A stretch of 64,000 nt of DNA, taken from assembly GCA_043827405.1 (NCBI GenBank), contig JBDRPD010000034.1:40175-104174 (forward strand), given 5' to 3'. This DNA is from Elusimicrobiota bacterium (GTDB taxonomy: Bacteria; Elusimicrobiota; Elusimicrobia; UBA1565). The translations under genes were made by a program, and so were the position numbers. Every line of letters begins with the position of its first letter. The first letter of the stretch is position 1. Of the stretch, positions 1-9,730 are shown in pieces. Below the pieces are notes generated by a model. It searched no databases. It saw nothing but the letters and a program-made list of their open reading frames with translations, and was not told the DNA's origin.

Positions 1-1047
1 CTGATCCTGCTGGGGGATGGAAATCCGGTCTCGCATTTCATTTGGACTTATTTTCTGCCGCTTAAATACGTGCGCTATCCCGGCAATATGGCGTACCTGC
101 TGCTGCCGGCCGCGGCGCTGCTGATCGCCCGCGGACTGCATCGACGCCGCTGGGCATGGGGTGCGGCGGCGGTCATTGCCGTCGAACTGGGCGTGTATGC
201 CGCGGTCTCGCAGCCCACGGTCAGCAAGGGTTATTTCGCCGACAGCGGCCCGCTGGTGCGCGTGCTGCGCCGGGAATTGGACGGGCATCGCTACCTGCTG
301 TCGCCGCTGGCGCTGCATTGGCAGCGCGGGGCCGGCGGAGACTCGCCCGCCGCCTTTCGCGATCTAAAGCACCGCCTCTACGGTCTGACCAATATGCCTT
401 ATCATCTGGAGAGCGTCGGCAGTTTCGGCGAGCCGCTGGTGCCGCAGCCGTCCTATGATTTTATGGATTTCATCTTCAGTCGTCCCAGCTTGGCGGAGGC
501 GGCGCGGTGGCTCCATTGGGCGGATGTCCGCATCCTTATGACGCGCGATCAAATGGCCGGCGGCGCGCTGCGCTACCTCGGCGACAGCTTATGGCATATC
601 TACGCGAACACCGAGCCGGTTTCTCGAGCGTACTGGTTCGCTGAGGACGCCGGCGGAAATATCCCCGCCGTCCTCGGCCGGCTCCCGGGGGCCGATGTCG
701 GGCGGGGCATACCGCTGTCGGTGGAGCGGTCGCGCGATGAGCGGTTTTCGATCGCCGCCTCTTTCCCGCGGCCGGGCTGGGTGTATGTCTCTGAACCGCT
801 GGGCCCGGGTTGGAAAGTGGAGGTCAACGGCCGCGCGGCGAGGACGGTTCCGGCGCTGCGCGCTTTTCACCGGCTGCGCGTGCCGGCGGGTAAGTGGCGG
901 GCGGCGTTTCGCTATGAGCCGGTATTCTGGCGCCTGGGTTTGTGGCTGACTTTGCTCGTTCTGTGCGGCCTGACGGCATATTGGTACAACCGGCTTCTCA
1001 TATATTCCGCAGGACAGGGCGTCCTCCAGCGCCGCTTGCGAGCATGA
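1..1047 (+). CDS. YfhO-like multi-pass membrane glycosyltransferase (5' partial)
   Basis: Frame open from base 1; 'VRYP' loop motif, C-terminal 'VSEPLGPGWKVEVNG...VPAG...FRYEP' then final TM helix, typical of YfhO family. Confidence 0.7.
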   Translation: MILLGDGNPVSHFIWTYFLPLKYVRYPGNMAYLLLPAAALLIARGLHRRRWAWGAAAVIAVELGVYAAVSQPTVSKGYFADSGPLVRVLRRELDGHRYLLSPLALHWQRGAGGDSPAAFRDLKHRLYGLTNMPYHLESVGSFGEPLVPQPSYDFMDFIFSRPSLAEAARWLHWADVRILMTRDQMAGGALRYLGDSLWHIYANTEPVSRAYWFAEDAGGNIPAVLGRLPGADVGRGIPLSVERSRDERFSIAASFPRPGWVYVSEPLGPGWKVEVNGRAARTVPALRAFHRLRVPAGKWRAAFRYEPVFWRLGLWLTLLVLCGLTAYWYNRLLIYSAGQGVLQRRLRA

Positions 1048-2915
1048 GAAAAAAAGACTTTTTTTTCATCGCGCTATTGGCGGGGGTCATCCTGGCGGTT
1101 CTCATGCCGGCGCTGCTGCAGCCCGCGAAGACGCTGGGAAATTTCGGCGATATCTACGCCTACCACCATCCGCTGCAGCATGCGGCGGCGTCCGAGATAC
1201 AGTCGGGGCGCCTTCCATTCTGGAACCCGTATGTATTCGCCGGCCTGCCGCTGCTGGCGAATTCCCAGTCGGCGGTTTTTTACCCGCCGGCCGTCCTGCT
1301 GCGGATGTTTCCTCTGGCTTACGCCTTCACGCTGTACGCCCTTCTGCATCTGCTGCTCGCGGCTTTGGGGATGTATCTGCTGCTGCGGTCATGCCGGGTG
1401 GATGCGGCGATGTCCGCTCTGTTTACGGCGGCGTTTTCCCTGGGGCCGTTTCTGATTTATCGCATTCCGCAGGGTATCCCGACGCATTTATCGGCGCTGG
1501 CATTCGTCCCTTGGTGCTGGCTTGCGCTGCGCTCAGGCCGGACCGGGTATCTCGGCGGAGTATGGGCGCTGCAATTTTTTAGCGGCCATCCGCAGTTCGC
1601 GCTGATCAATGCGGCGGGGATGGGCGTTTATGCCGCGTTCGCGCTGGCCCGTAGGAACGCCGCCCCGTTTGCGGCGCTGGTTCGGGAGGGGGGTATCGCC
1701 GCGGCGCTGTGCCTGGTGCAGCTGTTTCCCATGGCCGAGTTCATCGCGCAGTCGAATCGCGCGGGGATTCCCGCCGCCTTTAAGACCGCCTATTCCATGC
1801 CTTTTTCCGCGCTGGCCACCCTGCTGCGGCCGTCCCTGTTCGGCGATCCCCTTGGCGGCGGCTTCGCTTCGGTCCCCTCCGTTTTTTTTGAGATGTACGT
1901 CGTGTATGTCGGATGGATTCCGTTCGTCCTGGCGGTTTTCGGCTTGTACGCCGCTTGCCGGCGTGACCAGACGGCCGGCCCGTTGGATCCGCGTCTGGGA
2001 TGGGCGTTGGCCGCGATCGGCGTGTTCTTCGCCATGGGCAGCCATAACCCGTTGGCCGGGCTGATGCAGCACCTTCCCGTCGCGGGTCTTTCCCGGGTTC
2101 CCGCCCGTTTCACCTTGCTTGTTTTCTGGGGATTGCTGACCGCCGGCGCCGGGGGCTGGCTCGCGCTGCGCCGCCGCCATCGAGTGCCTCCTATGTGGAA
2201 GGCGGCGGCGCTGCTTCTCGTGCTCGCGGATGCGGGCTTCTGGGCGGCCCGCTTTGTCTACGCAGAGAATCCGGAGCCGTACTTGCGGCCGAATCCGGTG
2301 ATGCGCCGCGAGCTGGCCGGCCGGCAGGTGCGCTTCGCGAGCAGTCCTGAACTGGCCAACCCGAATAAAGCCGTCCTGTATCGGGCGATGAACGTAAACG
2401 GCTACGATGCCTTTTACCTGGACAGCTATACGCGCTATGCGGCGCGCTCAGAGCGCGGGCCCGCCGGTGATCCGAGCCGGACCTATATTCGGCGCGCCGA
2501 TTCCGCCGAGATGAAGAGGCTCGGCGTGGCGTATTATCTTGAGGTGAATGGTGGGATGAAGCTCCGCCGGCAGCCCAACGCCTACCCGCTCGCTTATATC
2601 GAACCGGCCGGCGGCGCGGCGCGGGCGACGCAGCGGGCGCCGGGGCGCTGGCTGGTGCGCGGCGCCGGTGCCGTTGCGGGCGCACGGTTGATTCTGAGCA
2701 TACCGCGCTATCCGGGGTGGCGGGCCTATGTGAACGGCGGCCGCGTGCCGGTGTCGCTGCATGACGGGCTCGTGCAATCAATCGCGGTGCCGGCCGAGCA
2801 GCCTTTTCGCGCCGACTTCCTCTTTATTCCGACCGCCTGGATGCTGCTGTGCGCGGTTTCGGCCGCGGCGTGGATCGCCTGGTCGGCGTTTTTCCCGCGG
2901 AGCGTGTTCGCATGA
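1044..2915 (+). CDS. YfhO-like GT-C membrane protein
   Basis: ATGA overlap with previous stop; 'GRLPFWNPYVFAGLPLLAN' N-terminal motif, 'SGHPQ', 'RVPARF', 'NGYD', 'YPGWRAYVNG'. Confidence 0.8.
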   Translation: MRKKDFFFIALLAGVILAVLMPALLQPAKTLGNFGDIYAYHHPLQHAAASEIQSGRLPFWNPYVFAGLPLLANSQSAVFYPPAVLLRMFPLAYAFTLYALLHLLLAALGMYLLLRSCRVDAAMSALFTAAFSLGPFLIYRIPQGIPTHLSALAFVPWCWLALRSGRTGYLGGVWALQFFSGHPQFALINAAGMGVYAAFALARRNAAPFAALVREGGIAAALCLVQLFPMAEFIAQSNRAGIPAAFKTAYSMPFSALATLLRPSLFGDPLGGGFASVPSVFFEMYVVYVGWIPFVLAVFGLYAACRRDQTAGPLDPRLGWALAAIGVFFAMGSHNPLAGLMQHLPVAGLSRVPARFTLLVFWGLLTAGAGGWLALRRRHRVPPMWKAAALLLVLADAGFWAARFVYAENPEPYLRPNPVMRRELAGRQVRFASSPELANPNKAVLYRAMNVNGYDAFYLDSYTRYAARSERGPAGDPSRTYIRRADSAEMKRLGVAYYLEVNGGMKLRRQPNAYPLAYIEPAGGAARATQRAPGRWLVRGAGAVAGARLILSIPRYPGWRAYVNGGRVPVSLHDGLVQSIAVPAEQPFRADFLFIPTAWMLLCAVSAAAWIAWSAFFPRSVFA

Positions 2916-3895
2916 GGCCGGGCGGGCGGCAGGCGTCCATGGCCGTTGGGGTCGCGGTGGGGGCGCTGCTGTTGTGGTTCGCTTTCCGCGATGTGCGTCC
3001 CCTCGAGATCATCGGGGCGCTGGCTGATTTCCGGCCGGTGTGGCTGCCGGTTATCATTTTTTTCCAGCTGCTGGACCTGTTGGCGCGGGCGGCCCGCTGG
3101 CAGGTTCTGCTGGCTCCTATGGTGCGTGCCGACCTGTGGCTGCTGTATCAGATCCAGACGATCAGCCTGACGATCAATAATCTCATTCTGATGCGGCTGG
3201 GCGAGTTCGCCAAGGGCGTCATCGGCGGACAGGAACTGAAAATCCCGACTATCAGCGTGTTGGCGACGGTGGTCGTGGAGCGTATTTGCGATACGATATC
3301 CCTATTGGTGCTGTTCGCCGGCTGCAGCTTTTTCGCGCCGGACTTCGTTGATGCGCGCATAAGAAACACCGCCGCGGCGGGTGCGGCGGGGCTGTTCGCG
3401 GCGCTGCTCGCCGCCGTGCTGGGCGGCGCTTGGCTGCGCGGCACGCGGCCGTTCGCGGCGCTGCGCAGTTATCCGGTAATCCATCGTCTGGCGGAAGATT
3501 TGATTCAGGGGACGCAGGCGCTGCGATCCTGGTCCGCCGCGCTGCGCGTCGCGGCGTTCAGCTGCGGGCTGTGGCTCAGCGATGCGGCGATGTTTTGGGC
3601 CGCGGCGCGGGCGATGAACCTGGAGCCGCCGCTGCTTTTTACCCGTTCGGTGTTCGCCTTGGCTTCGGCGGCGGCGGCGTGCGCGCTGCCGTCGCTGCCG
3701 GGCGCGTTCGGTAACTTTGAGGCGGCGGTGAAGGCGATTATGCACCACCTGGGCTATTCCAAGGCGTTGGCGCTCAGCTACGGAGCTTTTCTGCACCTGA
3801 TGGTATTTTCTATTGTCAGTCTTATGGGGGTCGTATTCTTTTACCGGCTCGGACATACGTTCGCCGGCCTGCGCCAGGCGGTGGAGAAAAAATGA
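2912..3895 (+). CDS. Lysylphosphatidylglycerol-synthase-TM (UPF0104/AglD2-like) flippase-like membrane protein
   Basis: 'RAARW..LL', 'NN....RLGE', 'VVERICD', 'PSLPGAFGNFE' motifs; ATGA overlap at start. Confidence 0.8.
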   Translation: MRPGGRQASMAVGVAVGALLLWFAFRDVRPLEIIGALADFRPVWLPVIIFFQLLDLLARAARWQVLLAPMVRADLWLLYQIQTISLTINNLILMRLGEFAKGVIGGQELKIPTISVLATVVVERICDTISLLVLFAGCSFFAPDFVDARIRNTAAAGAAGLFAALLAAVLGGAWLRGTRPFAALRSYPVIHRLAEDLIQGTQALRSWSAALRVAAFSCGLWLSDAAMFWAAARAMNLEPPLLFTRSVFALASAAAACALPSLPGAFGNFEAAVKAIMHHLGYSKALALSYGAFLHLMVFSIVSLMGVVFFYRLGHTFAGLRQAVEKK

Positions 3896-4917
3896 AACTG
3901 CATCTGCTGCCGGTGCTGGCATGTCCCGCGTGCGAGGGAGATATCGCATATGAGTCCCTGGAGCGGCAGCCGCGCGACGGCGAAGAGATAGAGAGTGGCA
4001 TGCTTAAGTGCGTGCGATGCGCACAGGAGTACCCTATTATCGACGGCATCCCCCGTCTATTCCCCGCCGAGGAGCTTGATGCGCGGGTGCGCAAGACCCG
4101 GGAGAGCTTCGGTTGGGAATGGCTGCGCTACCCCGGCTCGCGCCCGGAAGACCGGGACCTGTTTCTCGAGGAGACGCAGCTGGGAGCGGATCAGTGGCGG
4201 GACCGCTTTGTGTTGGATGCCGGATGCGGCATGGGGCGTTATACCAAGGTCGCGCTGTCTTTGGGGGCGGAAGTGCTCTCTTTTGACCTTTCAGACAGTA
4301 TTCTGCGCCTGATTCCCGAAGCGCGGAAGAATCCCCGGCTCCATCTCGTGCAGGGCAATCTGCTCGCGCCGCCGTTCAAGCCCGGCCGTTTCGACACCAT
4401 CTACAGTCAGGGGGTCATCCACCATACCGCCGATACGCGGGGCGCGTTCGATGAGATATCGCGGCTGGTTAAACGTGACGGGCACCTGTCGGTCTGGGTT
4501 TACGGTACGCCCGGGTCCTATCGGAGTTTTTCGACCAACCCGCTGCGCAGCGGGCGAAGGTGGCTGGGGCGGGTTCTTCCTCTCGTCTGGCTCGCCGTTT
4601 GGGCGCGGCAGTTGTTGAGCGACGCGGTGCGCGCGGTGACAACCCGCATGCCGGTGCGGCTGCTGTATGCCCTATGCTATCCGCTGACCCTGCTGGGCGC
4701 GGTTCCGGTGGTGAAGTATTTGACGTTTTCAGTGGAGCCGGATTTCGGCGTTCGGCTGACCGAGAACTTCGACTGGCTGGCGCCGCCGTTCCAGACCAAG
4801 CATACGAAAGAGGAGGTGCGGGGGTGGTTCGAATCGGCGGGCTATGAGGTGCTGCGCCATCTGCCGCACGGGGTGGTGCCGAAGATCGGGATTTTGGGTA
4901 TAAAGAAACAGGGATGA
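3892..4917 (+). CDS. Trm112-like domain fused to class I SAM methyltransferase
   Basis: N-terminal 'LACPAC...C..C..EYPIIDGIPRL'; 'VLDAGCGMGR' motif I; 'GVIHHT'. Confidence 0.85.
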   Translation: MKLHLLPVLACPACEGDIAYESLERQPRDGEEIESGMLKCVRCAQEYPIIDGIPRLFPAEELDARVRKTRESFGWEWLRYPGSRPEDRDLFLEETQLGADQWRDRFVLDAGCGMGRYTKVALSLGAEVLSFDLSDSILRLIPEARKNPRLHLVQGNLLAPPFKPGRFDTIYSQGVIHHTADTRGAFDEISRLVKRDGHLSVWVYGTPGSYRSFSTNPLRSGRRWLGRVLPLVWLAVWARQLLSDAVRAVTTRMPVRLLYALCYPLTLLGAVPVVKYLTFSVEPDFGVRLTENFDWLAPPFQTKHTKEEVRGWFESAGYEVLRHLPHGVVPKIGILGIKKQG

Positions 4918-6065
4918 GCACGCGGGGCGGCGGGATGACCGGGGTCGTGATGCTCACGCCGAACTTCCACCCGTATGTCGGCGGCGCCGAGAAGCAGGCC
5001 CTGGAGCTGTCGAAGGCGCTGAGCGCTTTGGGCGTTCGCGTGCAGGTGCTGACGCGGCGGGTGCGCGGTCTGCGCACCGAGGACGAAGTTTCGGGAATCC
5101 CCGTTTACCGCGCCTTCGCCTGCGGCGGCGGGCTGGTCAATGCCGTTACTTTTCTGTTTTCCAGTTTTATTTACCTGCTGCGGCGCTCCGCGGCGTATGA
5201 CGTCATCCATGTGCATCTCGCGGGCTCGCCCGCCGTCGCCGCCTGCCTGGCGGGCCGGCTGCTGGGCAAGCGCGTCGTCGTCAAGGTCGGCGGGGGGCGC
5301 GGGATCGGTGAAATCGCCATGTCGCGGCGGACGCCGGCGGGGCGGCTAAAGCTGCTGCTGCTGCGCCGGATGAAGCCGCGGTTCGTCGCGGTGACTGAGG
5401 ATTTGCGGCGGGAGATGATGGAGTTCGGCTTCACCGACGCGGTGCGGGTCGTGCCGAACGGCGTCGATATCGGCCGCTACCGTCCGGCGCGGGCGGATGA
5501 GAAGAGCGCGCTGCGCGCCGATCTGGAGTGGCCGGCGGGGACCTGCTTCCTGTACGTCGGCAGGCTGGCGGCGGAGAAGCAGCTGGATTTCTTCCTGCGC
5601 GCGTTTGCCGCGGCGATGGGCGGCTGCGCGGAGCGGGCCTTCTGCGTATTCGCCGGCGGCGGCGGCGAGCAAGCGCGTCTGCGGGACGTCGCGCGCGCCC
5701 AGGGCATCGCCGATGCGGTGCTGTTTGTTCCGCCGACCGACCGTATCGAGAGGCTTTACGCCGCGGCCGATGTATTCGTGCTGCCCTCGGTGTCGGAAGG
5801 TCTATCGAACGCGCTGCTGGAGGCGATGGCGGCGGGGCTGCCGATTTTGGGCAGCCGCGTCGGCGGAACCCGGGAAGTCGTGAAGGACGGCGAGGCGGGG
5901 ACGCTGTTCGCGGTCGACGATTTCGACGGACTGCGGCGTGCCGTTGTGCGCTACGTGAAAGGTCCCGGCTTTGCCGCCGAGCAGGGACGGATCGCGCGCC
6001 GGGAAGCGGAACAGAAGTATTCGCTCGCAAGCGTCGCTAAACGTTATCTGGAGATCTACCACTAA
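4914..6065 (+). CDS. Glycosyltransferase family 4
   Basis: 'GGAE', 'VPNGVD', 'YVGRL..EK', 'FVLPS.SEG....LLEAMAAG'. Confidence 0.9.
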   Translation: MSTRGGGMTGVVMLTPNFHPYVGGAEKQALELSKALSALGVRVQVLTRRVRGLRTEDEVSGIPVYRAFACGGGLVNAVTFLFSSFIYLLRRSAAYDVIHVHLAGSPAVAACLAGRLLGKRVVVKVGGGRGIGEIAMSRRTPAGRLKLLLLRRMKPRFVAVTEDLRREMMEFGFTDAVRVVPNGVDIGRYRPARADEKSALRADLEWPAGTCFLYVGRLAAEKQLDFFLRAFAAAMGGCAERAFCVFAGGGGEQARLRDVARAQGIADAVLFVPPTDRIERLYAAADVFVLPSVSEGLSNALLEAMAAGLPILGSRVGGTREVVKDGEAGTLFAVDDFDGLRRAVVRYVKGPGFAAEQGRIARREAEQKYSLASVAKRYLEIYH

Positions 6066-6071
6066 ATTATT

Positions 6072-8000
6072 ATGTGCGGAATCTGCGGGATAGTCTACGA
6101 CGAGCCGGGCCGCATGAACCCGGAGCGGCTGCGGTCGGCCAACGGCCTGATCGAGCACCGCGGTCCGGATGAGGAAGGCTATTACTCGGATGATCGCGCG
6201 GGGCTGGCGATGCGCCGGCTGTCGATAATTGATCTCGCAACGGGACAGCAGCCGATCGCGAACCCGGCCGGAACCGTGCATATCGTCTTCAACGGTGAGA
6301 TTTACAACTTCCCGGAGCTGCGCGAGGAGCTGGCGGCGCAAGGGTATCCTTTCAAGACGCGGTCGGACACCGAGGTAATTCTCGCGCTTTACGAGAAGGA
6401 TGGGACGGCCTGCGTCCGCCGCCTGCGCGGGATGTTCGCGATCGCTATCTGGGACAAGCCCCGCCGGCGGCTGTTTCTGGCGCGCGACCGGGTCGGCAAG
6501 AAGCCGCTGGTGTATGCCGAGGGGCCCGGGTATCTGGCTTTCGGCTCCGAGCTGCGCACGCTGTTTAAGTGGCCCGGCATATCCCGTGATATTGATCCCG
6601 TGGCCGTCGACCTGTTTCTTTCGCTGCAGTACATCCCCAGCCCGCATACGATCTACCGCGGCATCCGCAAGCTCCCGCCCGCGCATACTTTGGTCTATGA
6701 GAACGGCAGGGCGGTTGTGGAGCGCTACTGGGACCTCCCCGTTGATTCGCCCCCGATCTCCTGCGATCCGGTCGAGGCCGAGGAGCTGATCCGGCTCAAG
6801 CTTCGCGAGGCCGTGAAAATGCGCATGATCTCGGAGGTCCCGCTCGGCGCCTTTTTGTCCGGCGGCATCGACTCTTCGATCATCGTGGCGCTTATGAGCG
6901 AGCTGTCCGAGCGGCCGGTTAAGACTTTTTCCATCGGCTTTGAGGAAGAAGAGTTCTCGGAGCTGCCCTTCGCCCGGGAGGTGGCGCAGGCCTACGGTAC
7001 CGATCATACGGAGTTTATCGTTACCGCGGACATGGCGGATGTGCTGCCCAAGCTCGCTTGGCACTACGGCGAGCCGTACGCCGATCCCAGCGCCCTGCCG
7101 ACCTATTACGTGTCGCGGGAGACGCGCAAGCATGTGACGGTCGCGCTCAACGGCGATGGGGGCGATGAGAACTTCGCCGGCTACATTCGCTATTTCGCCA
7201 TGAAGGCGGCGCGCTATTACGACGCGGTGCCCTATCCGCTGCGCCGTCTTATGCAGGCGGGCGCGGAGTTCCTGCCCGAGAAAAACGCGCCGATCAGCAC
7301 GCTCTGGAAGGCCAAGCGGTTTCTGCGCTCGGCGGTATTTACCGACATGCCGCGGCGCCATCTGAAGATGGCGAGCTTTTTTTCGGACGAAGACAAGCGA
7401 GACCTTTATGCGCCCGGCATGCGCCGCGCGCTCGGGCTTGCCGCCGGCTGCGTGCCCGACTCCGCGGACCGCTATATGACGGCGGCGTTTGACCGCTGCC
7501 GCGGAGCGGATTTCGTCAACCGCCTGCTCTACGCCGACTTCGCCACCTATCTTCCCGAATGCTTGATGACCAAGGTTGATATCGCATCCATGGCCGTGTC
7601 TTTGGAGGGGCGTTCGCCGTTTTTGGACCACGAGTTCATTGAGACGGTTTACCGCATGCCGGGCGATTGGAAGCTGCGGGGCTTACGGGGCCATAAGTGG
7701 ATACTCAAGCGCGCTTTTCAGCGGCAGCTTCCGGAGTCGATCAGCCGCCGCGGAAAAATGGGTTTCGGTATACCCCTGGGCTCTTGGTTCCGCGGCCGGC
7801 TGAAAGAGTATTGGCGGGAGCATGTGCTTTCTCCGGAAGGGCTCAGCCGCGGCCACTTCCGCCCGGAAGCGCTGCGCGAGATATGGGATGAGCATCAGAG
7901 CCGCCGGCGCGACCACGGCTACCGGATGTGGGCGCTGCTCATGCTGGAGCTGTGGCACCGGCAGTATGCGTCCGACTTCAAGGGCTGGGGCGAACCATGA
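6072..8000 (+). CDS. asnB: Asparagine synthase-like glutamine amidotransferase (probably amidates a glycan component)
   Basis: 'MCGICG' Ntn cysteine, 'HRGPD', 'FNGEIYN', 'LSGGIDS', 'GDGGDE', 'KMGF'. Confidence 0.92.
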   Translation: MCGICGIVYDEPGRMNPERLRSANGLIEHRGPDEEGYYSDDRAGLAMRRLSIIDLATGQQPIANPAGTVHIVFNGEIYNFPELREELAAQGYPFKTRSDTEVILALYEKDGTACVRRLRGMFAIAIWDKPRRRLFLARDRVGKKPLVYAEGPGYLAFGSELRTLFKWPGISRDIDPVAVDLFLSLQYIPSPHTIYRGIRKLPPAHTLVYENGRAVVERYWDLPVDSPPISCDPVEAEELIRLKLREAVKMRMISEVPLGAFLSGGIDSSIIVALMSELSERPVKTFSIGFEEEEFSELPFAREVAQAYGTDHTEFIVTADMADVLPKLAWHYGEPYADPSALPTYYVSRETRKHVTVALNGDGGDENFAGYIRYFAMKAARYYDAVPYPLRRLMQAGAEFLPEKNAPISTLWKAKRFLRSAVFTDMPRRHLKMASFFSDEDKRDLYAPGMRRALGLAAGCVPDSADRYMTAAFDRCRGADFVNRLLYADFATYLPECLMTKVDIASMAVSLEGRSPFLDHEFIETVYRMPGDWKLRGLRGHKWILKRAFQRQLPESISRRGKMGFGIPLGSWFRGRLKEYWREHVLSPEGLSRGHFRPEALREIWDEHQSRRRDHGYRMWALLMLELWHRQYASDFKGWGEP

Positions 8001-9016
8001 ACTGTCCCGCCTGCGGGACGGGGGCCGCGCCGCGCTTGCGGGAGACGCACCGGGATCCCATAAGCGCCGCGGAGTACCGGATTTTCGCCTGTGCCGGCTG
8101 CGGGGTGGAGTTCTCCGAGCCGCGCGCGGCGGTCGGGGGGGATTGGTATGCCGCTGCGGCGCCGCTGCGGCTGTCGGAGTTCGACCGCGCTCCGCGGAAG
8201 GATTTGAGGTTCGCGGCGTTTTTCGCCGAACGGCTGTCTCCGGGCAGCCTGCTTGACGTCGGCTGCGGCGACGGAGGGTTTTTGCTGCTGGCGCGGGAGC
8301 GGGGCTGGCAGGTCGCCGGCTTCGATTACGACGAGCGGGTGGCGGCGGCGGCCCGCGCCGCGGGCCTGCCGGACGTGTCCTCTCAGGAGTTCGCGGAGTT
8401 CGTGCGCGGCCGCGCCGCGGGGGAGTTCGACGCCGTCACGCTTTTCGACGTGCTCGAGCATATGCCTGAGCCGCTGCGTTTTCTGCAGGAGCTCAAGCGG
8501 CTGCTTAAGCCGGGGGGAGTTATCGCTGTTACCTTCCCCAATGCGCGCCGCCCCATGCCTTGGGGGCGCGAGCTGCATGATTATCCGCCGCACCACTTCA
8601 CGCGCTGGACGGGGGACGTCTTGCGCGGGTTCCTGGAGCGCAACGGCTTTTCGATTATCCGGCTCGAAGACCGTCGCCTGCGCGTCTACTATTTCGCCGA
8701 GCATTTATTTTTCTACGGCGTCATGCGCCGCCTGCTGCCGGTAATCAAACGCCTGCTGTTCGGCGCCGCCGCCGGCGCCGAAAGCGTCTCGCAGCTTTAT
8801 GCCGCGGACGCGGCGAATACGCGATGCGGCCTGCGCGGGGCCTTTAGCGGCAAGGAGGCGCGGCACCGCTGGGTGACGGCGCTTAAGCGGTCGTTGGCGG
8901 TATTTATTTACCCCGTCGCGTTCTGTATGGCCGTTTATTTTCGCCTGACCCGCCGCCGCTGCGGAGAGCATATCTTCGCGCTCGCGCGCCTAAACGTCCG
9001 ACGGGAAAAAGTATAA
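7997..9016 (+). CDS. Class I SAM methyltransferase with N-terminal Cys motifs
   Basis: 'MNCPAC...CAGCG', 'LLDVGCGDG', 'FDVLEH', 'PPHH'; ATGA overlap with asnB. Confidence 0.85.
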   Translation: MNCPACGTGAAPRLRETHRDPISAAEYRIFACAGCGVEFSEPRAAVGGDWYAAAAPLRLSEFDRAPRKDLRFAAFFAERLSPGSLLDVGCGDGGFLLLARERGWQVAGFDYDERVAAAARAAGLPDVSSQEFAEFVRGRAAGEFDAVTLFDVLEHMPEPLRFLQELKRLLKPGGVIAVTFPNARRPMPWGRELHDYPPHHFTRWTGDVLRGFLERNGFSIIRLEDRRLRVYYFAEHLFFYGVMRRLLPVIKRLLFGAAAGAESVSQLYAADAANTRCGLRGAFSGKEARHRWVTALKRSLAVFIYPVAFCMAVYFRLTRRRCGEHIFALARLNVRREKV

Positions 9017-9034
9017 TCCCCTGCAGGTGAAATC

Positions 9035-9730
9035 GTGAGCGAACTCGATCTTTCGATCGTTATCCCCACTCTCAATGAAGCCGCTAATATCGGCCCCGTC
9101 CTGCGCGGAATTTGCCAGCAGGCCGAACGCCTTGGTTTGCGCTATGAGGCGTTTATCGTCGACGGCCCGTCGACGGATGGCACGGGAAAGGAGGCCGCGG
9201 CGGCGGGCGCCCGGGTTGTCGAGGAGCATGCGGGAGGGTTCGGCCGGGCGGTGCGCCGCGGCTTGACCGAAGCGCGGGGCGAGTTCGTGCTGCTGATGGA
9301 CGCGGACGGCTCGCATTCCGCCGCGGTATTCCCCGAGATATGGGCCAAGCGCCTGCAGGCGGACCTCGTGATCGGTTCCCGCCTGGTGGCGGGAGGGGGG
9401 ATGGAAATTCCGCCGCATCGCCGGCTGCTGACGCATATTCTCAACGGATTTTTCCGGCTCCTCTTCGGTCTGCCCGCACGCGACTGCTCGAGCGGTTATC
9501 GGCTTTACCGGGCGTCGGCCGTCGGGAATGTGGAAGGCATCGCCCAGGGCTTCGATATCCAGCAGGAGAACCTTATTAAGATGGTGCGCGCCGGCGGTCG
9601 TGTCGCGGAGGTGCCGATCTACTATGCTTGGCGCACGGAAGGGGTGTCGAAGGCGAAGATATTGAAATTCGGTCTCGGGTACCTGCGCTTGGTCGCCCGC
9701 TATTGGCGCGGCGGTCGCGGCGGTGCATAA
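9035..9730 (+). CDS. GT2, polyprenol-phosphate sugar synthase (DPM1-like)
   Basis: 'IVIPTLNE', 'VDGPSTDGT', 'MDADGSH', 'IGSR', 'D.SSGYR', 'R.EG.SK'. Confidence 0.85.
   Translation: MSELDLSIVIPTLNEAANIGPVLRGICQQAERLGLRYEAFIVDGPSTDGTGKEAAAAGARVVEEHAGGFGRAVRRGLTEARGEFVLLMDADGSHSAAVFPEIWAKRLQADLVIGSRLVAGGGMEIPPHRRLLTHILNGFFRLLFGLPARDCSSGYRLYRASAVGNVEGIAQGFDIQQENLIKMVRAGGRVAEVPIYYAWRTEGVSKAKILKFGLGYLRLVARYWRGGRGGA

Noticed and set aside
942..1043. Long N-terminal extensions in the ORF track (also 9628, 13705, 17398, 26551, 36775, 41482, 42351, 45041, 60909)
   Set aside because: They overlap neighbouring genes; downstream starts give stop/start coupling or place the signal peptide or first motif at the N-terminus
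1047..1066. A and T homopolymer runs at the start of the second YfhO-like gene as a slippage switch
   Set aside because: Frame is intact and encodes an ordinary KK..FFF membrane-protein start; no evidence of variation from one sequence
5802..7631. 609-aa antisense ORF
   Set aside because: Shadow of asnB; no motifs; expected from high-GC codon bias
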